From Candidatus Saccharimonadota bacterium (GTDB lineage Bacteria > Patescibacteriota > Gracilibacteria > UBA4473), in contig OZ245819.1 of assembly GCA_965228485.1 (NCBI GenBank), positions 1,140,001 to 1,172,000 of the forward strand: a stretch of 32,000 nucleotides of DNA, read 5' to 3'. Below the pieces are notes generated by a model that saw only the letters and a program-made list of their open reading frames with translations, was not told the DNA's origin and ran no database searches. This document shows, in pieces, positions 17,061-24,887 of the stretch. Within the stretch, counting starts at the first letter, position 1; each line of letters begins with the position of its first letter. Made by a program: the position numbers and the translations under genes.

Positions 17061-17088
17061 TTGACTGAGAAGTAAAACTTTCTAAAAT
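17061..17088 (+). promoter_or_regulatory. sigma70-type promoter of murA (TTGACT-N16-TAAAAT)
   Basis: TTGACT at 17061-17066 and TAAAAT at 17083-17088. The ATG at 17100 is only 11 nt beyond the -10, which predicts a leader of a few nucleotides at most, with no SD. Confidence 0.5.
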
Positions 17089-17099
17089 TTACTACTGCT

Positions 17100-18602
17100 A
17101 TGAATATTTCGTTTCAAACCGATTTCAGAGAATGGATGGATACCCATCGTTGGAAGCCAAAAGAGATAGCTGAAGAACTGGGTGTAAGTCGTCAGACGAT
17201 TCATCACTGGATGGATGGGACGAGTGTTCCTAAGAATGAAGAGGTTATTAAAAAACTTTATCGTTTGGGGGGGGACAAATTGATCCACTTTGAAAATCGA
17301 GACGAAAAACCACGAATTGCTAAACCAAAAGCTTATTTTGAAGTTGAAGGTGGAGCGACTATTAGTGGAAAAATTAGAATTAGCGGAGCTAAAAATGCCG
17401 CTTTGCCAATGCTCTGTGGAGCGCTTTTAACCGAAGAGAAATGTACTTTTCTAGACGTGCCACATATTACCGATGTGCAGAATCTGCTTTCGATTTTTTC
17501 TGAGATTGGAGTAGATGTGAAGTATTTTCCAGAACAGAAGAGAGTGGAGATTCAAGCAAGGCATGTGGATCTTGATAAACTGGCGGCTTCAGAGGAAGTA
17601 CGAAAGTTTAGGGCTTCAATTCTCATGATGGGACCATTGCTGGCTCGATTTGGGCGTTGTAAGCTTCTTATGCCAGGAGGATGTGTAATTGGGGCTCGTC
17701 CAAACTACATTCATACTGATGGTCTTCAGGTTTTAGGTGCTAAAATGACCGAAGGAGAGGATTTTTTGGATTTTGTTTTTAAAGACGGAAAGTTAGCGAA
17801 TAATCGGCTACTTTTATCAGAAGCTTCTGTTACAGGAACAGAGAATATTGCCATGTTTTTATCAGGAACGGACGATTCTGCTGAAATATATTTTGCAGCA
17901 GCAGAGCCTCATGTAGTTGGGACGCTCAAAATGCTTCAAGAAATGGGGGCTGATATTGAAGGAATTGGAACACATCATTTGAAAATTACAGGAACTAAAA
18001 AATTAAAAGGTGGAACCTTTACTATCCCCCCAGATGGTCTTTTGGTAGGGACTTATGCTATTGCAGCACTCATTACTCAAGGGGATTTGTTGATTGAAAA
18101 TGTTGATCATAGAGAGCTTTTTTCTTTTTATGGTATTTTGAAACGACTGGGAGCTGATTTTGAAATGAAGGATAAGGCACTGCATGTAAAACGGTCAAAA
18201 AACCTCACGGCTATCCCAAAGGTTCAGACGGCTATTTTCCCTGGTTTTTCTACAGATTTACAGAGCCCATTGGGAGTTTTGCTAACTCAGTGTGAAGGGA
18301 TGTCTCTACTATTTGAGACTTTATTTGAAAATCGTTTAACCTATTTGCTTGAGTTGGAGAAAATGGGCGCTAATGTACAGATTCTTAATCCTCATCAGGC
18401 AAAGCTTACAGGTAAAACGAAGCTTCAAGCCGCAGAAGTTCAGAGTTGGGATCTGCGTGCAGGAGCGGCTATGGTTTTGGCTGGACTTATTGCTGAAGGG
18501 GTGACTAAAATTACAAATATTGATTATATCGATCGTGGATATGAGAACTTTGTAGAGAATCTTTCGGCTCTTGGAGCGAAGATCCATAGAGTAGATTTTT
18601 AG
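17100..18602 (+). CDS. murA: UDP-N-acetylglucosamine 1-carboxyvinyltransferase (MurA) with an apparent ~75-aa N-terminal helix-turn-helix extension
   Basis: From about aa 80 it aligns by eye with E. coli MurA: ISGAKNAALP, RASILMMGPLLARFG, PGGCVIGARP (active-site Cys retained), FPGFSTDLQ, FENR, DLRAGAAMVLAGLIAEG, IDRGYE. Residues 1-60 contain WKPKEIAEELGVSRQTIHHWMDGTSVP, an XRE/Cro-like HTH. Confidence 0.9.
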   Translation: MNISFQTDFREWMDTHRWKPKEIAEELGVSRQTIHHWMDGTSVPKNEEVIKKLYRLGGDKLIHFENRDEKPRIAKPKAYFEVEGGATISGKIRISGAKNAALPMLCGALLTEEKCTFLDVPHITDVQNLLSIFSEIGVDVKYFPEQKRVEIQARHVDLDKLAASEEVRKFRASILMMGPLLARFGRCKLLMPGGCVIGARPNYIHTDGLQVLGAKMTEGEDFLDFVFKDGKLANNRLLLSEASVTGTENIAMFLSGTDDSAEIYFAAAEPHVVGTLKMLQEMGADIEGIGTHHLKITGTKKLKGGTFTIPPDGLLVGTYAIAALITQGDLLIENVDHRELFSFYGILKRLGADFEMKDKALHVKRSKNLTAIPKVQTAIFPGFSTDLQSPLGVLLTQCEGMSLLFETLFENRLTYLLELEKMGANVQILNPHQAKLTGKTKLQAAEVQSWDLRAGAAMVLAGLIAEGVTKITNIDYIDRGYENFVENLSALGAKIHRVDF

Positions 18603-18604
18603 AT

Positions 18605-18633
18605 AAAAAAAATCCCAACACGTGGGATTTTTT
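18605..18633. terminator. bidirectional rho-independent terminator between convergent murA and the acidic-protein gene
   Basis: AAAAAAAATCCCA-acacg-TGGGATTTTTT. A-run on one flank and T-run on the other. Begins 3 nt after the murA TAG. Confidence 0.65.
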
Positions 18634-18661
18634 ATGCTTTAAGGGGGGCTAATTAAGGGGC

Positions 18662-19186
18662 TTATCGAGTTCTTCGATACATTCGGTATGGCATAAGCCG
18701 GAATGTAATGTCTTCACGACAGGTGAGCGGTGCTCCTTGGCTTAGTTTTACTCTTGTGAAACGATTCATAAGTGTTTGGCTTTCCTCGGTATCACATGGA
18801 AGATATTTGCTTCGAGTTTTAGCAGAACTAAATGATAGAAATGTCATTCCTTTCGCTTGAACCGCTCCTGGAACACGATCATAGAGAGCGATTGATTTTT
18901 TATTAATTTCATCTACTCCACCAACCTCCTTGGTTTCTTTTTCAGTATCTTCTTCTGTAGTTTCGTTTTCTTCTCCCGTTGACTCTTCCTCAGAAGATTC
19001 TGATTCCTCGCTAAACTCTTCTCCAAAATCATCACCAAACAAATCACCAAATTCATCACCTAGTCCAAAATCATCTCCGGTTCCTTCTTCTGTGGGAGTA
19101 AGAATTTCATCAGCAGCAAAGCTTGTTGCTGGGGTGATAGCAAAACTCATCAATAGGACGAGGGCCGTTACAGTTGTTGTTTTCAT
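18662..19186 (-). CDS. secreted protein with a strongly acidic low-complexity N-terminal half and a basic C-terminal domain
   Basis: 174 aa. Signal peptide MKTTTVTALVLLMSFAITPATSFA/AD. Then a DDFGLGDEFGDLFGDDFGEEFSEESESSEEE... region. The C-terminal ~80 aa carry 2 Cys. It has its own near-consensus promoter. Confidence 0.7.
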   Translation of the reverse strand: MKTTTVTALVLLMSFAITPATSFAADEILTPTEEGTGDDFGLGDEFGDLFGDDFGEEFSEESESSEEESTGEENETTEEDTEKETKEVGGVDEINKKSIALYDRVPGAVQAKGMTFLSFSSAKTRSKYLPCDTEESQTLMNRFTRVKLSQGAPLTCREDITFRLMPYRMYRRTR

Positions 19187-19226
19187 GATTTATATTTTAT
19201 GTGGTATTTTTTTAAATTTATATATA

Positions 19227-19255
19227 ACTATAACACTTTATTTTTAAAAAGTCAA
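19227..19255 (-). promoter_or_regulatory. near-consensus sigma70 promoter (TTGACT-N17-TATAGT) for the acidic secreted protein gene
   Basis: On the minus strand, TTGACT (complement of 19250-19255), a 17-nt spacer, then TATAGT (complement of 19227-19232). The -10 ends 40 nt upstream of the ATG at 19186. Confidence 0.6.
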
Positions 19256-19302
19256 ATACTTAAAAAACCTTTTATATAAATCTATAAAATCTTTTTTTTT
19301 AC

Positions 19303-19554
19303 TTAGGAATCGATTTTTTTAAATAACTCTCCAATTCTGATGGGAGTCATTTTTGAAAGTAGTGTTTCGCTTTTTTCTGTACAATATGCGACTATTGGAC
19401 CATTTTCGCATTGTCCCTGGCAAGGACAGTTCTCAATAGTGACATTCTCAAGTTGTCGTTGAGATTTTTCTTTTTCGGCTCTTTCTTGAGAAAGTGAGGA
19501 AAAATTGTTTTTACAAGATTTCCCCTCACAGAATTTTAGTCTAATTTTAACCAT
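19303..19554 (-). CDS. thioredoxin-like [2Fe-2S] ferredoxin-type small protein
   Basis: 83 aa with Cys9-x4-Cys14-x30-Cys45-x3-Cys49 and the CQGQCENGP block. This resembles the Cx4C...CxGxCxxxP pattern of NuoE/thioredoxin-like ferredoxins. Its start overlaps the upstream stop (TAATG). Confidence 0.5.
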   Translation of the reverse strand: MVKIRLKFCEGKSCKNNFSSLSQERAEKEKSQRQLENVTIENCPCQGQCENGPIVAYCTEKSETLLSKMTPIRIGELFKKIDS

Positions 19555-21482
19555 TAGAGGTTGAATTCGTAGATCTTATTTTTTGTTAGTAGGCTTACAG
19601 TTTGTCCGCCTTCGTCAACGATGAAATCTCGTGCATCATCAATTCCATATAAGATTTGTCTTTTGTAAGTTGCAAATCGATCTCCTTTAACAAACACTAA
19701 TAATCGTTCGTTGTCTGGGTCAAGAACGTAGATGTAATCTAGTTCTGCGGTTGTGTAGAGTTTTACATTCGGCCCTGTAATTGGAGTTGAGGGAAGGTCT
19801 CGGAAGTCATAGTCTTGGGAAACTCCTCGGAAGATTTTTTGGATTTCTCCACTAGCAGATACCACGTATATAGCCCCATCGATAGCGAAGCTTACCGATT
19901 CTGCTAGATTTGCCCCTTGGTTATAAGCGGTGCTAGCAGAGTAGTTAGAACGACGTCGTTCATATTTCCAGATTTGGTTTTCTGCTGGATCAAGAATATA
20001 GGTATACCGTCCGTAGGTCTGAACATCAATTCCTTTTTTCCAGTTTTCATCCTGTGTTTGCATTGGAGTAATGATACCCTCTTTATATTCAATTACTCTT
20101 GGGTTATCAGTGATGAATGTGAGTGTTTTTTGATCTGGTCGGGAAGCAGCGGCTAGAATACTCCCGCCAGATTCGTTAACATTAATTGGAGCTTCTACGA
20201 TATTACGTACAGATTTGATGACTTGTTTACTGTCATAAGCAAATAAACTTCCATCTAAATTTAATAATCCTGTAGCATCGATTGTATCACTTTTCACTCC
20301 AAGATCAGCTAATAGATTTGGGGTTACTTGTCGTGCATTTTCTACTTGTAATTGTTTAGCCTTGATATCAGCTAGAAGAAATTGTGCATCAGATCGGTAG
20401 AGTTTTGATTTTGATTTAAACACTTCTTGTACGGCTGAGTTAGCTCTTTCAAGAGAATCTTTAGCTTCTGTTTTATCCCCTTGGACGAGATAAGTATCGG
20501 CTTGCTGGATAGCCTCACGAGCAATATCGAGCTCTTCTCTTAGCCGTATTTCTTCTTCTGATTCCCAATTGATAGATTTAATTCCTAGACCTACAAAGAA
20601 AAGTGTTAGTACTACGCTGGCAAGAATAAGTAGGTTTTTCTGAGGTCGAAAATTTTTAATGGCACTCACGGTTTCTGGTTTTATGAATTGTGTTTTGCTT
20701 TTTGTGATTTTTACCTCTGGGATTTCTTCGTGTTCTGCTGATGGTTCTTCGGGTATTGGTTCTGTTTCAGAACTTGGTTTAACTACTTCTTTAGCCGCTG
20801 AAACTACTTTTTCAGCTGGAGAATTTGTCATTACTTTTGAAAGGAATCCTGCAGCAGGCATTCCCCCTTCTTTTTTCCCAATCCCAATAATGGTTACGAG
20901 TAGGTCTTCATTAGATTTTTGAGATAACTCGTGTTTGAAGCTGTTAGTAGATTCTCGGTAGCTTGGTTTTGCGAAGATATCACTCAGTTCATTTGCGGTA
21001 AGGGTTCGGAGAATCCGATTTGAACTCAAAATGACAACGTCATCGATGTTTACTTGTCCGCTAAGGATGTTGAGAAACAGGTCATCGCTTTCTTCTGGGA
21101 TTTCAGTGATCTGGCTTACTCCACCATCTCGGATAAGGTAGGCTTCAGACTCCCCTGATTGAGTAAGGTAGAGGTGATGAAAATCAAAAAGAGCCACCAC
21201 GATCTCAGGAGTTTTAGAAGTCTGAGAAGCGTCTTTTCGAAACGCTTGATTCGCTTTTTTAAGGGCTTCCTCAAAGTGGTCGTAGTGATCTTTCGCAGAA
21301 GGTTTACTTAAATGATCAACGATGGCGCCAAAAAGTGATTCAGCGATATTTTGTGCTTCGGTCGTTCCGAGAGCGAATTTTGCGAGGAAATAAACTTCCT
21401 GTCCTTCACCAATATTTTGATGATAAGCAAAGCCTAGATTTCCTTCTGGATTGGTCTCAAATGTATGTACAGAAAAAGCCAT
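19554..21482 (-). CDS. membrane protein: degenerate PP2C/SpoIIE-like cytoplasmic N-domain, one TM helix, coiled coil, C-terminal repeat (beta-propeller-like) ectodomain
   Basis: 642-aa ORF. The N-terminal block HHLYLTQSGESEAYLIRDGGVSQIT...DDVVILSSN resembles the PP2C core but lacks obvious metal-binding Asp pairs. TM segment LLILASVVLTLFFVGLGI near aa 295-312. The domain call is tentative. Confidence 0.75.
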   Translation of the reverse strand: MAFSVHTFETNPEGNLGFAYHQNIGEGQEVYFLAKFALGTTEAQNIAESLFGAIVDHLSKPSAKDHYDHFEEALKKANQAFRKDASQTSKTPEIVVALFDFHHLYLTQSGESEAYLIRDGGVSQITEIPEESDDLFLNILSGQVNIDDVVILSSNRILRTLTANELSDIFAKPSYRESTNSFKHELSQKSNEDLLVTIIGIGKKEGGMPAAGFLSKVMTNSPAEKVVSAAKEVVKPSSETEPIPEEPSAEHEEIPEVKITKSKTQFIKPETVSAIKNFRPQKNLLILASVVLTLFFVGLGIKSINWESEEEIRLREELDIAREAIQQADTYLVQGDKTEAKDSLERANSAVQEVFKSKSKLYRSDAQFLLADIKAKQLQVENARQVTPNLLADLGVKSDTIDATGLLNLDGSLFAYDSKQVIKSVRNIVEAPINVNESGGSILAAASRPDQKTLTFITDNPRVIEYKEGIITPMQTQDENWKKGIDVQTYGRYTYILDPAENQIWKYERRRSNYSASTAYNQGANLAESVSFAIDGAIYVVSASGEIQKIFRGVSQDYDFRDLPSTPITGPNVKLYTTAELDYIYVLDPDNERLLVFVKGDRFATYKRQILYGIDDARDFIVDEGGQTVSLLTKNKIYEFNL

Positions 21483-21553
21483 GGGTTAGATGAGATTTAT
21501 TTTCACTTCTCATTCTACACAAATGGCCTTTAGCGCAAAGTTTTTTGTCGGTC

Positions 21554-22123
21554 TTAGAAATTTACTTCAGGAGTTTTTTGAGCTTCTTCTCGTTCTTGGC
21601 TCTCTAGTTCGAAGAATTCAGATAATTCGAAATGGTGAGCGTTTGCAACAATGTTTGATGGGAAGCTCTGCACTTTTGTGTTTAGAACGGTAACATTTCC
21701 ATTGTAAATTCTTCGTGCAGCGCTGATTTGATCTTCTGTTTCAGCGAGTTGGTTTTGTAGATTTAGAAAGTTCTGATTGGCTTTTAGATCAGGATAATTT
21801 TCTGCTACTGCAAACACCGAACGTAGAGCGCTGGTGAGAAAATTTTCGGCGCCAGCTTGTTGGGCCACTTTTCCTTCAGGGATTTCAATGGCTTTGGCTC
21901 GAGCATTTGTGACTTCTTCTAGTACGCCTTTCTCGTGTTCAGCATATCCTTTAACCGTTTTCACTAGGTTTGGAATCAGGTCATAACGTCTTTTTAGTTG
22001 TACGTCGATGCCTGACCAGGCTTCTTGAGCTTTTTGCCGAGAATGGATCAGACTGTTATAAAGTACGGCATAAACGACACCTAAGCCGACAAGAATGAGA
22101 ACGAGAGGAATAAGTAAGGCCAT
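21554..22123 (-). CDS. lemA: LemA family protein
   Basis: 189 aa. N-terminal TM helix followed by the LemA blocks AWSGIDVQLKRRYDLIPNLV, E...L.EVT.AR, ENYPDLKAN.NF..LQ..L...E..I..AR..YN and FPSNIVA. Confidence 0.9.
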   Translation of the reverse strand: MALLIPLVLILVGLGVVYAVLYNSLIHSRQKAQEAWSGIDVQLKRRYDLIPNLVKTVKGYAEHEKGVLEEVTNARAKAIEIPEGKVAQQAGAENFLTSALRSVFAVAENYPDLKANQNFLNLQNQLAETEDQISAARRIYNGNVTVLNTKVQSFPSNIVANAHHFELSEFFELESQEREEAQKTPEVNF

Positions 22124-22147
22124 GTTTGTTTTTGGTAATTATATTTA

Positions 22148-23098
22148 TTAGTCTAGGTATTTTATCATTTCTTGTGAAATTTTTAAAGTTTTGGTAATTC
22201 TATTTTCAATAAACTCTTGGTCTCGTGGATCAAGTTCTACTTTTCGAAAAAAGTTTGTTTTCATTTTAGGGAGTAAACGACCGTGGAACATAAAAATAAC
22301 CGTGTCTTCTTTGAAGAAAATTTGAGGCTTTTTTTCTTCGTTTTTTAGTTTGATTAGTTTTTCAATAAGTGCTGGGGACAAAGTCTGAATGACATTTAAA
22401 GCCGCTTGGTCTTCCTCATTGTTGTGTTTTACCGTGTAGTATTTGTTGAATTCATGAGATTCAGTTTCTAAAGAAGATCTAAATCTAAAAAAGCCAAAAG
22501 AACGGCTCTCTAATCGAAACGTACTTTTGAGTGCCTTTGGGAGTTTGATGGCAAAAATGGTTCGATAATAAGTATGGTTGCTCTTATTTTTCCCATGAGA
22601 TTTTACTTTGTACTGAAAGACCGCTTGGTAAAAATCCTGCCCCTGGAACTTGCCCCAAAATTCATCTTGAAGGTTTTGCCCGTTATTTCCTCGGCGGAAA
22701 AATTCTGGAAAATTTTGAACGGCTTTTTGCCATCTTGTACGATTTTCTTGAGTGTTATATTTCCAGTTTTGTTTTTGAGCCACCATGATTTTTACTAGGT
22801 CTCTTTCTAGTGAATGAATGTATCCATAGTAAAAAAATACGGGCATAAACGAGATGAAGACAATGAAGATTGCCAAATCAGGGGTGAGATTTAATATTTT
22901 GGTCAGTAACTGAGGGCTAAAAACAAACAATCCCAAACAAATAATTCCAGGCAAAGCACATAGAATAAGGTTTCTAATTGGAATGTGCGGATTGTCGTGA
23001 TAATAAAGGAGTTTTTGGGTAAGTTTATCACTTTTTTTATCTGAAAATTCAGTAATTTTTTTGTAAAACGGATCCCAATATTCTTGAGTGTTATTCAT
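22148..23098 (-). CDS. two-TM membrane protein of unknown function, LemA-associated (possibly DUF3137-like)
   Basis: 316-aa ORF with two adjacent hydrophobic helices (aa ~45-100) and a soluble C-terminal domain. It lies directly upstream of lemA on the same strand. The DUF3137 assignment rests on architecture and neighbourhood, not on a motif I can verify. Confidence 0.7.
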   Translation of the reverse strand: MNNTQEYWDPFYKKITEFSDKKSDKLTQKLLYYHDNPHIPIRNLILCALPGIICLGLFVFSPQLLTKILNLTPDLAIFIVFISFMPVFFYYGYIHSLERDLVKIMVAQKQNWKYNTQENRTRWQKAVQNFPEFFRRGNNGQNLQDEFWGKFQGQDFYQAVFQYKVKSHGKNKSNHTYYRTIFAIKLPKALKSTFRLESRSFGFFRFRSSLETESHEFNKYYTVKHNNEEDQAALNVIQTLSPALIEKLIKLKNEEKKPQIFFKEDTVIFMFHGRLLPKMKTNFFRKVELDPRDQEFIENRITKTLKISQEMIKYLD

Positions 23099-23209
23099 GC
23101 TTTTCTCTGTATTCTAGCATTTTCTTTGTTTTTTCTCAATTGGTGCGTCACAGTTTTTTTTTGCTTGCGTTTTGTCTTGAGCCTGGATAGAAATAGAACA
23201 AATTAAAGG

Positions 23210-23761
23210 ATGATAGATAATTCCCAGGCAAAGGTTCTGATGCAACAAGCGAAACAAGGTGATGAAGCGGCGTTTGCTCTTTTATACGAAAATTTTTATA
23301 CTCCAATATTTCGATATATTTATTCGAAAGTTGGACAGAGAGAGATGGCTGAAGATATGGCACAAACCGTTTTTATGAAAGCTTTTCAGTCAAGAGAGTC
23401 TTTTTCTGTTGGACCAACACCGATTGCTTACTTTTTTACTATTGCTCGTAACTTAGTGATTGATCACTATCGAAAAAAAAGTGAGGTTTTAATCGATAAC
23501 CAAGAGGATGGGCAGGATATGTTTAGTCAGATACCTGATGAAGAAATGAATCCCCATGATCGTTTTCTTGATAGTGAGAAGATTGGTTTTATTCAGAACC
23601 TTATTCACAAACTTAAACCAGAATATAAGGAGGTGATTGAAATGAAATTTTTACAACAACTTTCTAATAAAGAAATTGCTGAAGCCACAGGGAAAAGCGA
23701 ACAAAATATTCGTCAAATCCAAGTTCGGGCTTTGAGAAAACTTAAAGAACTTTTAACCTAA
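23210..23761 (+). CDS. ECF-type RNA polymerase sigma factor (sigma-70 family, group 4)
   Basis: 183 aa. Region 2 is GDEAAFALLYENFYTPIFRYIY...AEDMAQTVFMKAF and IARNLVIDHYRKK. Region 4 is YKEVIEMKFLQQLSNKEIAEATGKSEQNIRQIQVRALRKLKELL. Confidence 0.9.
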   Translation: MIDNSQAKVLMQQAKQGDEAAFALLYENFYTPIFRYIYSKVGQREMAEDMAQTVFMKAFQSRESFSVGPTPIAYFFTIARNLVIDHYRKKSEVLIDNQEDGQDMFSQIPDEEMNPHDRFLDSEKIGFIQNLIHKLKPEYKEVIEMKFLQQLSNKEIAEATGKSEQNIRQIQVRALRKLKELLT

Positions 23762-23770
23762 CTACATTTT

Positions 23771-24424
23771 ATGGCGTTAACAGACCAACAAATTGAATTA
23801 CTTTTAACCGAGCTAGAAACGGGAACTCCGTTGTCGGAGATACAGTCACGCTTTCCTGAGGAGGCAGAAGAGATAGCTCTTATTGCTGAAGTTAAATGTT
23901 TTATGGAAGCTCAGGCATTGGAGGTGAGTCCTGATAAGGCTGGGCTGAAATCAGCGTTAAACCAAGCCATTATTTGGGATGACGAGGAAGTAAGTCATGG
24001 TTGGGGAACTTGGATGCGCCAGTGGCGCTGGATAGCGCCTCTGAGCTTGTCTTTTGCACTTTTATTATTTGTCTTTGATCCTTGGGCTATTAGCCCTCCT
24101 AAGGTGGTGCTTACCACGCAAGAATCTGTTGCGGAGCCTTCAGCAAGAATGATGAGAGGGGCTCATGTAGAAATGGAGTTTGTGGAGGATGATATGGCTG
24201 AAGGAATGGTTCTTCAGGCGATGGATACTCCAATGGCGACGATGGCTTCTGATGAAGTTTCTTCAGAGATAACGGTGACAGATCCTATGGACGTACTTGT
24301 TAAGGAGCTTAGTCAGGAATTTGACAGCGAGTTAGTAGAATATCAAAACCTAAAAGAGGATTTGAAAACTTATTATAATGAAGAAATTTTCAGTTTATAT
24401 CCTCAATATCAATTAGTCTTTTAA
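23771..24424 (+). CDS. putative single-pass anti-sigma factor
   Basis: The call is positional: it starts 9 nt after the sigma gene stop. About 85 aa of cytoplasmic helical N-domain, one TM helix (WRWIAPLSLSFALLLFVFDPWAI), and an acidic extracytoplasmic tail. No zf-HC2 motif is present. Confidence 0.5.
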   Translation: MALTDQQIELLLTELETGTPLSEIQSRFPEEAEEIALIAEVKCFMEAQALEVSPDKAGLKSALNQAIIWDDEEVSHGWGTWMRQWRWIAPLSLSFALLLFVFDPWAISPPKVVLTTQESVAEPSARMMRGAHVEMEFVEDDMAEGMVLQAMDTPMATMASDEVSSEITVTDPMDVLVKELSQEFDSELVEYQNLKEDLKTYYNEEIFSLYPQYQLVF

Positions 24425-24850
24425 ATGAAAAAATTAATTCTCATATTCGGTGTTTTACTTTTCTGGGGAGGCTCAGTACAGGCTCAGTTTGAAAAAAAAG
24501 TTAATGACAAGATCCAGCAGTTGGAAGTATTATCTGGTCAGGTGGAAGAATCTTCTATGTTTGAAATTGATAAGGCTTGGGCTCAAGATCAAATCAGTGT
24601 TAATATCAAAAAATTGGCTGACTCGGTTACCGAGAGTGATATAGAAAAACTTCGTTCATTAGAAGCGAGTATAAATATTATCAATGCTGATATTGTAGAT
24701 TTATTGGTTGAAGCTCAGAAAAATCGATTATTAGAAAAAATAAAAGAACTTGATCAGCTTATTCTCGACTATGCGGCTCAAGGGATGAATACAGAAAAAT
24801 TGGAAATGCTGCAGATGTCGATGCTTGAACGGTTAGCTATGATTGACTAG
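24425..24850 (+). CDS. small secreted helical/coiled-coil protein
   Basis: 141 aa. The start abuts the upstream stop (TAAATG). Signal peptide MKKLILIFGVLLFWGGSVQA/QF. The remainder has heptad-like helical sequence. Confidence 0.6.
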   Translation: MKKLILIFGVLLFWGGSVQAQFEKKVNDKIQQLEVLSGQVEESSMFEIDKAWAQDQISVNIKKLADSVTESDIEKLRSLEASINIINADIVDLLVEAQKNRLLEKIKELDQLILDYAAQGMNTEKLEMLQMSMLERLAMID

Positions 24851-24887
24851 TTTTGCGTTTTGTCTTTGATGTCTTAAGATTGGTGGT

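Noticed and set aside
23148-23363. 71-aa minus-strand ORF spanning the sigma-factor upstream region
   Set aside because: It overlaps the 5' end of the ECF sigma gene and the divergent promoter region, and it has no supporting motif. The same reasoning applies to 26103..26294 (minus) over the fibre gene start.
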